From the NCBI GenBank assembly GCA_051884805.1, contig JBJEWA010000030.1, positions 238-64,237 of the forward strand: 64,000 bases of DNA, given 5' to 3'. Every line of letters starts with the position of its first letter. Within the stretch, counting starts at the first letter, position 1. The DNA comes from Kiritimatiellia bacterium (GTDB taxonomy: Bacteria; Verrucomicrobiota; Kiritimatiellia; RFP12; UBA1067). The notes under the pieces were generated by a model that was not told the origin of the DNA, made no database searches, and saw only the letters and a program-made list of their open reading frames with translations. The translations under genes were made by a program, and so were the position numbers. This document shows positions 47,927-57,744 of the stretch, one piece after another.

Positions 47927-49771
47927 TCACCAGACGCCTTTCGCGCGCTTCTCGTACAGCTCGCCGCCCAGCTTCCGCGCGGCACGGGTCAGCTCCGGAT
48001 ACGGCCGGTCGCAGACATCGACGAAGCCGATCTGGTACGCCTCGCCGTCGCCGCGCCCGAGCAGCGGCTGGTCGCGATACTGGAACCAGTGGCAGCCGAC
48101 GACGAGCGGATGCTGGAGGCAGCCTTCGACGAAGCGCGTGTAGCTGCGCGCGCGCTCCGCCTGGTTCCACACCGGCGCAAGCCCCGGCTTGAACATGCCG
48201 CGGTCGTAGCAGCCGAAATGGAACTCGCCGACGAGAATCGGCTTCTCGGCGCCCGGCGCGAACATCCGCTCGGAGAGGTTGAAGACGGAATTCGCATAGG
48301 CGTTGACCGTCACCACGTCGCAGTACTTCGCCGCCGTGCGCCAGAGTACGCCGGCCTGGCGGAAGCCGACGAAGCGGCTGCCGAGATAGAGCTTGCCGGG
48401 CGCCGCCGCCGCGAGTTCCTCCCGGCAGAGCCGGAAGTAGAGGTCGAGATACGGCGCCGCCGTCTCCTCGCCGACCTCGGGAATCCACTTCTGGAACTGC
48501 AGCTCGTTGTCGACGAAGAAGCCGATGCACATCGGATCCGTCGCCGCGTGCCGGAGCGCCGCATCGGTCGCGAACTTCTCGCGGATCGCCGCGCGCAGGT
48601 TCGGCTCGAAGGCCGGATCGGCAAAGTCGTAGATATGGAACTTCGCGTGCCGCTTCACCCCCTTCGCGCGTTCGAGCACGCTGACGACGTAGGGCTTGCG
48701 GGACGCCAGGGCGAGTTCGGGCGCGCTCCAGTTGCCGATGGTGTTGAGCCGCCACGAATCGAACCGCCGGAAGACGAGGTCGAAGTAATCGGCCGCGAAA
48801 TCCCGCTTGCCGAACTTCTTCTCGAGATTCCAGATGGTGAACTTCATCTGCCCGTCGGCGGGGAACGGACCCTGGTACCAGTCGGGATGCCGGTTGCCGT
48901 CGGTGATGTCGGTCATGATGCGCGTGACGTCAAGCCCGACCGAGAAGAAAAGCGTCCCCTCGGGCGTGACGAGCCACCATTTTCCGTCCTTCCGCTCGGT
49001 GCGGAAATGCCCCGTCGCCCTGAGTCTCGGCCCCTTCGCCCAGCCGCCGAAACGGTCCCAGTCCTCCGGTGCGGGCTTGAGATGCGCGAGCTCCGCCGCA
49101 AGGTCGTCCGCCAGTTCGGCGTCGGCATGGACCTTGAACTTCCAGTCCGCATGCGCGAACTGCCCGTAGGCGTCGACGAACGGCACGTACGCCGACGGCG
49201 CCACGAAACGCCCCCTTTCCGGTTCGCCCTCAAGCCGGAGGTTGGCGAGCCGGAAATCGGGCAGGTCCTCGATTTCGTCCTCGTACGGCCACTGGAGCTG
49301 GAACGAGATCTCGGTGACGTGGTGCGTGTCGATCACATACGGCCCGCGCGCGCCTTCGGGGGCGCCGTACACCTCGGGATGCGTCAGCAGCAGCTTCATC
49401 GTCCCCTTTTCGCCGGGATTGAGTCCGATGCCCGTGTTGACGGAGCGATTCTTCCGGAAGATCGCCGTCGCATGGTCGCCCGAATCCCCGGCCGCGCCAC
49501 CGGCCGCGACGTGCATCGTCAGCCGTCCCTGCCGCGTCTTCGAGAGGTTCTCGACCTCGACGGCGAGATATTTCGCGCCCGAGAAATCGAGTCCGCCCGG
49601 CGCCTGCAGCCGCAGGCCCGAGCCCCATTCCCCGCTGTTGAAGACGAGCGTCACGGCGTTGGTGCCCGCCGGCTCCATCCGCGCCTTGTACACGGGCGAG
49701 AAGTCGTTCAGCGAAAGGGCCGGGGCAATCCCCGCCCAGGCGATCAGACTCGACAGCAAACCGGCTTTCAT
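47927..49771 (-). CDS. secreted TIM-barrel glycoside-hydrolase-like protein (family not recognised), paralogue of 49794-51575
   Basis: Signal MKAGLLSSLIAWAGIAPA. Shared C-terminal block VGEFHFG...HWFQYRDQPLLGRGDGEAYQIGFVDVCDRPYP. Confidence 0.6.
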   Translation of the reverse strand: MKAGLLSSLIAWAGIAPALSLNDFSPVYKARMEPAGTNAVTLVFNSGEWGSGLRLQAPGGLDFSGAKYLAVEVENLSKTRQGRLTMHVAAGGAAGDSGDHATAIFRKNRSVNTGIGLNPGEKGTMKLLLTHPEVYGAPEGARGPYVIDTHHVTEISFQLQWPYEDEIEDLPDFRLANLRLEGEPERGRFVAPSAYVPFVDAYGQFAHADWKFKVHADAELADDLAAELAHLKPAPEDWDRFGGWAKGPRLRATGHFRTERKDGKWWLVTPEGTLFFSVGLDVTRIMTDITDGNRHPDWYQGPFPADGQMKFTIWNLEKKFGKRDFAADYFDLVFRRFDSWRLNTIGNWSAPELALASRKPYVVSVLERAKGVKRHAKFHIYDFADPAFEPNLRAAIREKFATDAALRHAATDPMCIGFFVDNELQFQKWIPEVGEETAAPYLDLYFRLCREELAAAAPGKLYLGSRFVGFRQAGVLWRTAAKYCDVVTVNAYANSVFNLSERMFAPGAEKPILVGEFHFGCYDRGMFKPGLAPVWNQAERARSYTRFVEGCLQHPLVVGCHWFQYRDQPLLGRGDGEAYQIGFVDVCDRPYPELTRAARKLGGELYEKRAKGVW

Positions 49772-49793
49772 CTCCCGACACCCCCTCCAGCGC

Positions 49794-51575
49794 CTACTGC
49801 GCGTACCGAAGTTCATACATCTTCTCCGCCACCTCCCGCACGGCGCGCGTCAGCGCGGGATAGGGACGGTCGCAGACATCGACAAAGCCGATCTGATAGT
49901 TCTCCCCGTCGCCGCGGCCGACGAGCGGCTGGTCGCGGTACTGAAACCAGTGGGAGCCGACGAAATACGGATGCCGCAACGCGCCCTCGACCACGCGCCG
50001 GTAGTTGCGGGCGCGTTCGCACTGGTCGCCGACGGGACAAAGCCCCGCCGAGAACATCCCGCGATGCAGGGTGCCGAAATGGAACTCGCTGTGCAGCACG
50101 GGCTTGTCGAACTTGGGCGCGGCGTAACTGCCGTCCGTAAAGACGGCGACGCTGTTGACGTAGGCGTTCACGGAAATGACGTCGCACCACGTCGCCGCCG
50201 CCGTCCACAGGGCTTCCGCATTGCGCAGGCTCTTGAAGCGGCACCCGAGATAGAGCTTGTGCGGCGCGGCGACGGCAAGCGCCTCCTTGCACGCCTTGAA
50301 GAACGGTTCGTAATAGGCCGTATCCGAGGGAAACGACAGCTCGTTGCCGAGGAAGAAGCCGATGCACATCGGATCGCCCGCCGCCGTCGCGGCGGCGGAA
50401 CCCTCCGTGGCGACGGCCGCCGCCACCGCCGCCGCCAGCTGCTCGGCGAAGGTCTCGTCCAGCGTGTCGTAGCAGCCGGAGGACAGCTTCGGCAGCTCCG
50501 CCGCGCTGACGTCGATCGACAGCATGTAGGGCTTGCGCGAAAGCCGGGTGAGCGCGCCGTCCGACCAGTTGCCGATCGTGTTGACGCCCCAGGCGTCCAG
50601 CCGGGCGAGCACGAAGTCGTAGTAGTCGGGCGCGAAGTCGGTCTTGCCGAACTTCTTGCGCAGGTTCCAGGTCGGGAAGCTCATGGCGGCCTGCGGCGCC
50701 GAGACGTACCAGTCCTGGTGTTCGTAGCCGTTCGGCGCATCGCTGTCCGTCTTGATCACGTTGATGCCGAGCGAATAGAAGAGATGGCCCGACGGCGTGA
50801 CCAGCCACCACTTCCCGTCCACCTTCTCCGTCCGGAAATGGCCCGTGGCCTCCAGCTGCGGCCCGTTCGCCCAGCCGCCGTATTCGTCCCATGCGGACGG
50901 CGCCGCCGCCAGTTCGGACCGCTCGCGCGCCAGGTCGGCGCACAGCTCGTCGTCCGCCCGGACCTTGTACTTCCAGCTGCCGTGGGCGTACTGCCCGTAC
51001 GCATCGACGAACGGCAGGTAGTTGGAGACGGCGACCTTGCGGGCGTAGTCCGGCGTTCCCTCCAGCCGCACCCGGGAGAGCCGCAGGTCGAGCAACCCGC
51101 TGAACTGCCCTTCGTACGGCCAGATGACCTGAAACGAGATGTTGGTGACGTGCTTCGTGTCGAGCGTCCGAACGCCCTTCGCCCCTTCCGGACTGCCGTA
51201 GATGAAGTCGTGCGGCAGCTGCAGCTTGATCGTCGCCTTCTCGCCCGGATCGAGCGCCATCCCCGCATACGTGTCGCGCTCGGCATCCCTGATCTGCAGG
51301 CAGATGCGCTGCTGGTGCGACGCCAGGCTCTCGACGTCCGCAGCGAGATAGCGCCCGGCCGAAAGGTCGAACGAACTCTCCCCCGCAGGCGGGAGCAGGC
51401 GCAGGCCCGAAGCGTACTCGGCGGTCTGGCTCCTGAGCACGACGGACCCGCCGGACTCGAACGTCAGCCGTCCGCCGTAGACCGCCTCGACCCGGTCGGA
51501 CTGCAGGGAAAGGTCCGCCGCCGCCAGCAGCGAACTCATTCCCACCAGCACGGAGGAAAGCCCAGCGCGCCTCAT
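49794..51575 (-). CDS. secreted TIM-barrel glycoside-hydrolase-like protein, paralogue of 47927-49771
   Basis: HSEFHFG...HWFQYRDQPLVGRGDGENYQIGFVDVCDRPYP. Collinear with its neighbour along the whole length. Confidence 0.6.
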   Translation of the reverse strand: MRRAGLSSVLVGMSSLLAAADLSLQSDRVEAVYGGRLTFESGGSVVLRSQTAEYASGLRLLPPAGESSFDLSAGRYLAADVESLASHQQRICLQIRDAERDTYAGMALDPGEKATIKLQLPHDFIYGSPEGAKGVRTLDTKHVTNISFQVIWPYEGQFSGLLDLRLSRVRLEGTPDYARKVAVSNYLPFVDAYGQYAHGSWKYKVRADDELCADLARERSELAAAPSAWDEYGGWANGPQLEATGHFRTEKVDGKWWLVTPSGHLFYSLGINVIKTDSDAPNGYEHQDWYVSAPQAAMSFPTWNLRKKFGKTDFAPDYYDFVLARLDAWGVNTIGNWSDGALTRLSRKPYMLSIDVSAAELPKLSSGCYDTLDETFAEQLAAAVAAAVATEGSAAATAAGDPMCIGFFLGNELSFPSDTAYYEPFFKACKEALAVAAPHKLYLGCRFKSLRNAEALWTAAATWCDVISVNAYVNSVAVFTDGSYAAPKFDKPVLHSEFHFGTLHRGMFSAGLCPVGDQCERARNYRRVVEGALRHPYFVGSHWFQYRDQPLVGRGDGENYQIGFVDVCDRPYPALTRAVREVAEKMYELRYAQ

Positions 51576-51591
51576 GCCCGCTCCGCCGTCC

Positions 51592-54363
51592 TCACCGGAT
51601 GACCAGCGTCATGCCCGGCCTCCGCTGGCACTCGTAGCAGCCGATGTCGATGCGGGCCTTGCCCGTCGAGTCGAAGATGCGCGGATTTCCGGCTAGGTCC
51701 ACGGACGGCTTGAGCGCCAGGGAAGCGGTGGTGCCGGCATTGTATGCGGCGCTGCCCGGCAGCGGCGTGAAATCGCCGCGGGCGAAATCCGCGAACAGCG
51801 ACTCCGCCGAGGCCACCCGGTTGCCGACGCTCTTGGTCGCGGAACCGCCGATTGCCACGTCGTCCGTGAGATTGTACATGTATTTGTAGCCGCTGCTGTC
51901 GCTGAAGTCCAGCTTGACCGACGTGCGCTTGCCGCCGTCCTTCTGCGTTTCGCGGTTCCCGACGAAGATGTTGTTGTAGAAGAGAACCTGCCAGGAAGTG
52001 CAGTAGAGCGCGGCGGAATCTTCCGGCAGCGACCCCGCGACCTCGTTGTCGGCGACCGTGCAGTTTTCCATCGTCGTCCAGTCGTTGCTGCCGCCGTAAC
52101 GCACGCCCGCCGTGCCGTCCTTGGTCTCGTCGGTGGGCTCATAGCGGTTCCCGACGATCAGCAGGTTGGAGAGATGGATGCTCTTCGCCCCGTATTCGAC
52201 AAAGACCGCGCCGCCCGCATAGGCCCCGGACGCGGACGTCCCCTGCACGACGTTGTTCGAGATGACGCAGTGCGTAATCGTGGAACCGGACCCGGAAAGC
52301 ACGACGCCGGCGCCGGCGGCGTTGCCGCCGTCGGCCAGCGCGAGCCCGCCGCGGATGACGCAGTTCGAGACGCTGGCGCCGCCGGCAATGCGCAGATTGC
52401 CGCCGTACTGGTTCTTCACCTTTCCGTTCTCGACGGTCACGTTCGCAAGCGACGCGCCGGAGTGGTTCAGCTCGATGGTGCGGAAATAGTAGGTGTTGGG
52501 CGTTGCGGCCGTATTCCTGAGCACCACCGCCTCCGGCGTCGCGCCCATGCCGACGATCGTCAGGGCCTTGGTGACGGAGATCTGCCCGGAAGATTCGTAG
52601 ACGCCCGCGTTCAAGCGGAGCGTGTAGCCGTCGTAGGCCGCGCCGACGGCCGCCGCCAGGCTGGCATAGCCCGTCTCCGGCGTATCATACGGGAACGCGG
52701 CGCCGGCATTGCCCGGCTGCACGTAGACCGTCGACGACGCCACCCGCACGTACCCCTCGTACGTCATCTCGGCCGACTCTTCCTCGCATTCGTTCGTCGC
52801 CGTGATCCGGACGGTGTAGATGCCCGGCTGCGCATACGCATGGTCGATCGTCAGCGCCGCCGTCGTCTCGTTCGTGGTGCCGTCGCCGAAGTCGTAGGTG
52901 AAGACCATGTTCTCGGGGGAGGCCGAATTCTCGGTCGTGTGCGTGAACGTGACCGTCGAAGGCGCCCAGACCGAACTGTACTCGCCCGACACGATGCGGA
53001 CCGTCAACTCCGGCTTCTGGTATTCGTAGCAGCCGATGTCCACCGCCCCGCTCAGGCGCGGATTGCCGTCGAGGTCCGTCGCCGAGGCCTCGGCGCCGCG
53101 CGGATCCGAGCCGCCGGCGTCGACGAGCGCGCTCCCGGCGACCGGACGGTAGTCGCCGGCGACGTAGTCGGCGAAGTCGGCTTCGTCAATGTAGACGAGC
53201 GTCGGATAGGACGACTGCGACAGGGAATCCTGGGAGGTCGCGCAGTTGAGGAATTCCGCGCCGCTCGCATTCGGCTGGTTGCCCGCCCACTCCTTGGCCG
53301 TGACGCCGTCTTCGCCCGTGTTGCCGAAGATCACGCAGTTGAAGAGGTGTTGGGTGGCGGTCCACGACCAGATGCCGTACTTCCGGTTGTTGACGACGGT
53401 CAGGTTGTAGAGATAGCTCGTGCCGCCCATCAGCACGCCGCCGCAGGCCGAACCCTCGACCAGGCTGTCCTCGACGCGCGCCGAAGAACTGTAGACGCAA
53501 AGGCTGCCGGCGTTGTAGTTCTCGTTGGTTCCGCCGACGAGGCGGCAGCGGCTCATCTTGGCCGTGCTGTCGAGGTACACGTTGGCGCCCTTCTTGTCGG
53601 CGGCCGTCACCGTGCCACCGTAGATCAGGGAGTCGGCCATCGTCCCGGCGCCGTTCATGCGCACATTGCCGCCGTCGTTGGTGGAGACGCCGCCGTAGAT
53701 GGTGCAGGCCTCGATCTGGCCGGCATACTGGTAGACGTTGCCGCCGACATTGGCGCACGTGCCGCCGTAAATGGTGCAGCCGCGCAGCGTGCCGCTGTCG
53801 AGATAGACGTTGCCGCCGCGCTTGGTCGCCTGCCCGCCAAGGATTTCGCAGTTCAGCACGAGGGCGCCGGCGCTGCCGACGTAGAGATTGCCGCCCTCGG
53901 GATTGGCGCTCGCGTTCTTGACGCTGCCGTCCCGGATGACGCAGTCGACGAGCGTGCCGCCGTTCATTTCGATCGCGCCGCCCTTGTCGGCCTTCTGCGT
54001 GGACTCGCCGACAATCGTCAGATTCGTGACCAGCGGCCCCGCCGCGTTCATGCGCAAGGTGCGATAATTGCCCGCCGACCGGATGACCACCTGATCGCGA
54101 CTCTCGGCGTCGCCGATCAGATTGGCCTTAAGATCGAAACCGTACTGCTGATCCGTCGAATACTCGCCGGGCTGCACGTAGATGTTGTTGCCGGCCGTGC
54201 CGCCGCCCAGTTCAAAGGCCTTGTCGAGCGTCTGGACGGCCGTCGCCGCCGTGAGGCCGTCGTTGGCGTCGTCGCCGTCGGTAGCGACGTAGTAGTCGGT
54301 CGCCTGCGCCGTACACGCCATCAGACCGGTCATGAGAATACCCAGCGTCTTCATCGTCTTCAT
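51592..54363 (-). CDS. secreted beta-helix protein with PKD domain and two choice-of-anchor-Q-like modules
   Basis: The ATG at 54363 gives MKTMKTLGILMTGLMACTAQA with GGAGG upstream (the track start is a TTG two codons earlier). FTYDFGDGT marks the PKD domain. DLDGNPR...DIGCYE occurs twice. Confidence 0.7.
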   Translation of the reverse strand: MKTMKTLGILMTGLMACTAQATDYYVATDGDDANDGLTAATAVQTLDKAFELGGGTAGNNIYVQPGEYSTDQQYGFDLKANLIGDAESRDQVVIRSAGNYRTLRMNAAGPLVTNLTIVGESTQKADKGGAIEMNGGTLVDCVIRDGSVKNASANPEGGNLYVGSAGALVLNCEILGGQATKRGGNVYLDSGTLRGCTIYGGTCANVGGNVYQYAGQIEACTIYGGVSTNDGGNVRMNGAGTMADSLIYGGTVTAADKKGANVYLDSTAKMSRCRLVGGTNENYNAGSLCVYSSSARVEDSLVEGSACGGVLMGGTSYLYNLTVVNNRKYGIWSWTATQHLFNCVIFGNTGEDGVTAKEWAGNQPNASGAEFLNCATSQDSLSQSSYPTLVYIDEADFADYVAGDYRPVAGSALVDAGGSDPRGAEASATDLDGNPRLSGAVDIGCYEYQKPELTVRIVSGEYSSVWAPSTVTFTHTTENSASPENMVFTYDFGDGTTNETTAALTIDHAYAQPGIYTVRITATNECEEESAEMTYEGYVRVASSTVYVQPGNAGAAFPYDTPETGYASLAAAVGAAYDGYTLRLNAGVYESSGQISVTKALTIVGMGATPEAVVLRNTAATPNTYYFRTIELNHSGASLANVTVENGKVKNQYGGNLRIAGGASVSNCVIRGGLALADGGNAAGAGVVLSGSGSTITHCVISNNVVQGTSASGAYAGGAVFVEYGAKSIHLSNLLIVGNRYEPTDETKDGTAGVRYGGSNDWTTMENCTVADNEVAGSLPEDSAALYCTSWQVLFYNNIFVGNRETQKDGGKRTSVKLDFSDSSGYKYMYNLTDDVAIGGSATKSVGNRVASAESLFADFARGDFTPLPGSAAYNAGTTASLALKPSVDLAGNPRIFDSTGKARIDIGCYECQRRPGMTLVIR

Positions 54364-54412
54364 TCGCAAACCTCCGTGGAATCAGGGACACCCCGCCCTT
54401 GATTTTATCGCG

Positions 54413-54418
54413 ATTCTA
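54413..54418 (-). promoter_or_regulatory. -10 box TAGAAT (TGa-extended) upstream of the beta-helix/GH operon
   Basis: Minus strand reads TTGCGTtcggtcgtttatctgTGaTAGAAT. Confidence 0.45.
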
Positions 54419-54523
54419 TCACAGATAAACGACCGAACGCAAACCAAAACCGCATCACGAGACAAACGGAAATCGAACCGTTCACCGGCATCCGGAATTT
54501 GCCGCGCCGGCGGCACCCTGCAC

Positions 54524-54553
54524 TTGACGACCAGTCTGGGGATGGTGTACAAT
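54524..54553 (+). promoter_or_regulatory. sigma-70 promoter TTGACG-N18-TACAAT for the second XylR-like regulator
   Basis: Read directly. Lies 15 nt upstream of the ATG at 54569. Confidence 0.5.
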
Positions 54554-54568
54554 GCCGCCAACTCCGCC

Positions 54569-55735
54569 ATGACCACCATCCTCTTCATCACCGACTTCGT
54601 CGCCGGCTCGCGGTTGCCCCAGCTCTCGGGCATCCGCGAGGCCGCGTCCGAACGCGGCTGGCATGTGGAGGAAGTCGAGCTGGCGCGCCTTACGGAGCCG
54701 CTCGCCTCCGTCTGCGCCTACTGGAAGCCCATCGGCTGCATCGTCGAAGGCTCCGGCCAGCACCATCCCACGCCCGCCACGTTCGGGGACGTGCCCGTCG
54801 TCTGGCTGGATCCGCCGACGGAAATCCTCGAGAACCCCGCCGCGACCACGCTCGTCAACGACAACGCCGCCATCGCCGACCTCGCCGTCGAAACGCTGAC
54901 GGACACGGGCGCGGCCGCCTACGCCTTCATCGGCTGGTCGCGACGCGTCCGCTGGAGCCGCGAACGCGAGGACCGCTTCACCGCCCGGCTCCGGGCGCTC
55001 GGCAAGACCTGCCGCATCCTCGCCGACCCGTGGACGCTCGGCAACAAGACCGACTTCGCGACGCGCCTGCGGCCGTTTCTCGGCGCGCTCCCGCGCCCCT
55101 GCGGCATCTTCGCGGTCAACGACAGCTTCGCGTCCGTCATCCTCGACCTCTGCAAGGTCGACGGCATCGCCGTACCCGGCGACTTCCATCTCGTCGGCGT
55201 GGACGACGATCCGGCCGTCTGCGACTACACGACGCCCTCGCTCACGAGCATCCGGCCCAACTTCACCCAGGCCGGTCGCCGCGCGGTCCGGCTGCTGTCC
55301 GCGCTCGTGGACGCGGCGTCCGCGCCGCATCCGCCGGGAAGCCGCCCGGCCACGCACGAAACCTACTCGCCGCTGGGCGTCACCCGGCGCCTTTCCACCC
55401 GCCGGATCACCTCTTCGCGCCACAGCATCGGCGCGGCCATCGACCTCATCCGGCGCGAAGCCTGCAACGGACTCAAGGCCGCCGACGTCGTCAGGGCGCT
55501 CGCCGTCTCCGAACGCCTCGCCGAGACGCGCTTCAAGGCGGCGACCGGCAAACGCATCACCGAGGAGATCACGGACGTCCGCTTCGAACGCGTCCTCGAA
55601 CTCCTGTCGAATCCGAAGCAGGCCCAGTCCGCCATCGCCAATCTCTGCGGCTGGGGTTCTTCCATCTATCTCGAACGCCTCTTCAAGCGGCGCATGGGCA
55701 TGACCATGCGAGACTGGCGAAAGGCGCACGCATGA
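54569..55735 (+). CDS. XylR-like hybrid regulator (sugar-binding-like domain plus AraC HTH), paralogue of 44744-45925
   Basis: MTTILFITDF..., CGIFAVNDSFA, HLVGVDDD, and the C-terminal AraC HTH. The start choice is supported by the promoter position. Confidence 0.8.
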   Translation: MTTILFITDFVAGSRLPQLSGIREAASERGWHVEEVELARLTEPLASVCAYWKPIGCIVEGSGQHHPTPATFGDVPVVWLDPPTEILENPAATTLVNDNAAIADLAVETLTDTGAAAYAFIGWSRRVRWSREREDRFTARLRALGKTCRILADPWTLGNKTDFATRLRPFLGALPRPCGIFAVNDSFASVILDLCKVDGIAVPGDFHLVGVDDDPAVCDYTTPSLTSIRPNFTQAGRRAVRLLSALVDAASAPHPPGSRPATHETYSPLGVTRRLSTRRITSSRHSIGAAIDLIRREACNGLKAADVVRALAVSERLAETRFKAATGKRITEEITDVRFERVLELLSNPKQAQSAIANLCGWGSSIYLERLFKRRMGMTMRDWRKAHA

Positions 55736-57078
55736 GCGGCTCCCTCTCGCCCGTCCTCCGCACCGCCCTGCCGCTCGTCCTGGCGCAGCTCGCCTTCGCC
55801 GCCAACACCTTCGTCACCCAGTTCTTCCTCGCGCGCCATTCGACGACCGCCTTCCATGCGTCGCTGCCGGGATCGATGCTGGCCGTGACCGTCTGCGCCT
55901 TTTTCATCAACACCTTCGGCTACGCCGGCACGCTCGTCGCCCGGGAACACGGCGCCGGCGACGAACGCGCCGCCGACGCGACGTTCGCCAGTTCCGTCCT
56001 GCTCACGCTGCTCTCGGCGCCGCTCTTCGCGCTGGCCGCACCGCTCGGGGGCGCCATCCTCGGCGCCTTTGGCGCGAATCCCGCCGTCCTCGCCGCCGAA
56101 ACCGCCTACTTCAGGATCCTGCTCGCCAACGGCTTCCTCACCGCGCTCGCCGCCGTCCTCGGCGGCTACTTCACCGGCCGTGGACGGACGCGGCTCGTCG
56201 GCGCGACGACCGTCTTCGGCTTTCTCCTCAACATGGCGACCGCCCCGCTCTTCATCGACGGACGCTGCCACCTCCCCACCGAAGGCGTCGTCGGGGCCGG
56301 CTGGTCCGCCACCATCGCCCACGGCGTGACCTGCCTCGTCCTCGCCGCCTGCATCCTCCGGGAAAGGCGCCTGGCCGAACTGGCCGCGCCGAACCGGCCA
56401 AGCCTGCTGGCCGTCCTCCGGTTCGGCGTTCCCAACGGCCTGCGCACCGTCCTCGAAATCGGCGGCTTCTTCTGCTTCACCGCGTTCGTCGCCGAATGCC
56501 CGACTGCCGCCGTCGCGGCCTCGACCGCCGTCTTCGCCGTCAACAACATTCCCTACAGCGTCGTCCAGGGACTCGCCGCGGCGCTGGAAATCCTCATCGG
56601 ACGCGCCAGCGGCAGACGGGCCCTCGCCGAAGTGCGCGGCCTCTTTCGCGCCACGACGCTCCTCGCCCTCGCGATCGGACTCATCTACGCGCTGCTCCTC
56701 CTCTGCCTTACCGACGCAATGCTCGGCCCGTTCCTGAAAGACCGGAGCGTCCACCTTGCGGACTTCCGCGAAACGGCGCGCCTGCTCGTGCTGATCGTCC
56801 TCGCCAAGACGTTCTTCGAGACGATGACGCTGGTGCTGCAGGGCGCGCTGCGCGGACTCGGGCGGACGGCCGCCGTCTGCCGCGTGCAGGCGCTTTCCTC
56901 GTTCCTGGTCTGGATTCCCGCCTACTGCCTCGTGCGCGCCTTCCACCCGACGGTTCCCGCCTACTGGGCGACGATGGTCCTCTCGGGCCTCGCCTCCTGC
57001 GCTCTGCTCGGGCGCGCCTTCGGCCTGACGGCGCGACGGCGGCCAGCCGGGGCAGCCGACGCAAGCCCGGCAGCGTGA
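55732..57078 (+). CDS. MATE-family efflux transporter
   Basis: 12-TM pattern. N-terminal LRTALPLVLAQLAFAANTFVTQFFLARHS is typical of MATE proteins. ATGA overlap with the regulator stop. Confidence 0.8.
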   Translation: MSGSLSPVLRTALPLVLAQLAFAANTFVTQFFLARHSTTAFHASLPGSMLAVTVCAFFINTFGYAGTLVAREHGAGDERAADATFASSVLLTLLSAPLFALAAPLGGAILGAFGANPAVLAAETAYFRILLANGFLTALAAVLGGYFTGRGRTRLVGATTVFGFLLNMATAPLFIDGRCHLPTEGVVGAGWSATIAHGVTCLVLAACILRERRLAELAAPNRPSLLAVLRFGVPNGLRTVLEIGGFFCFTAFVAECPTAAVAASTAVFAVNNIPYSVVQGLAAALEILIGRASGRRALAEVRGLFRATTLLALAIGLIYALLLLCLTDAMLGPFLKDRSVHLADFRETARLLVLIVLAKTFFETMTLVLQGALRGLGRTAAVCRVQALSSFLVWIPAYCLVRAFHPTVPAYWATMVLSGLASCALLGRAFGLTARRRPAGAADASPAA

Positions 57079-57104
57079 ACGGTCGGCGCTCCGGCCCGAA
57101 GACG

Positions 57105-57190
57105 GCGCGTCCCGGAAGCGGAACCGCTCCCGGGACGCGCAAACGGAAGGGATCGCCCCTTCCGCACCCGTCCGGTCGTCAGGACCGGAC
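57105..57190. terminator. three consecutive G+C-rich hairpins between the convergent MATE and dfx genes
   Basis: 57105-57140 (about 16 bp with one mismatch), 57144-57164 (8 bp) and 57170-57190 (GTCCGGTC/GACCGGAC). Confidence 0.55.
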
Positions 57191-57198
57191 GCGTTGCC

Positions 57199-57597
57199 TC
57201 ACGTTCCGCACCTTTCCCCGCCGCAGCCCTTCCAGAGCCCGTGCAGGTTGCAGTACGCGAAGGCATGCCTGACCTTCTCGTCCGGCAGCAGCATGAACGT
57301 CGCCTGCGGCCGGTCGCCGGGACGCAGGCAGCGGCGCTGACAGCCGCAGTCGGTTTCGACGGCGATCCACTCGATCGAATGCGCCGCCAGCATGGGATGA
57401 TCCTTCGCCCCGATCTTCACGGTCACCTTCCCCTTGCCGTCGCACGTGCAGACGGGGACGTGATGCTCCTGCGATCCGTCCGTCGTGTTCGCTACGATTT
57501 CCGTCATCGCCGCGCCACAGCAGACGGTCTCGACCGGAGTTTCCCTGACGACGGCGATGATCTTGCCGCACGTCGAGCACTTGTAGAACTTCATCAT
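57199..57597 (-). CDS. dfx: desulfoferrodoxin (2Fe superoxide reductase)
   Basis: N-terminal desulforedoxin CSTCG...VCCG. Centre II ligand motifs EHHVP and C..HGLW. Confidence 0.9.
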   Translation of the reverse strand: MMKFYKCSTCGKIIAVVRETPVETVCCGAAMTEIVANTTDGSQEHHVPVCTCDGKGKVTVKIGAKDHPMLAAHSIEWIAVETDCGCQRRCLRPGDRPQATFMLLPDEKVRHAFAYCNLHGLWKGCGGERCGT

Positions 57598-57744
57598 CGC
57601 TTACCTCCCTTTCGTTCGCATCGCCCGAGACGGGGAGAATAGCGGCTTCGCCACGCGGCGAGACCGATCCCGCCCGGAACACCGCATAGTGTACCTTCTT
57701 TGCCGCCGGAATTGTGTTGTGATAACAACGGGGCCGCGCCGACC

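Noticed and set aside
54499-57078. 859-aa plus-strand ORF suggesting a regulator-transporter fusion
   Set aside because: Its first about 410 codons are an out-of-frame read across the AraC-type gene (Arg/Pro-rich). Only the part from the ATG at 55732 is the MATE protein. The real regulator is in the 54569-55735 frame.
57690-57735. GTTGTGATAACAAC-like imperfect palindrome upstream of dfx as a PerR, Fur or CRP/FNR box
   Set aside because: It has only a 5-bp perfect stem (GTTGT/ACAAC) and does not match the consensus sequences I know for those regulators.
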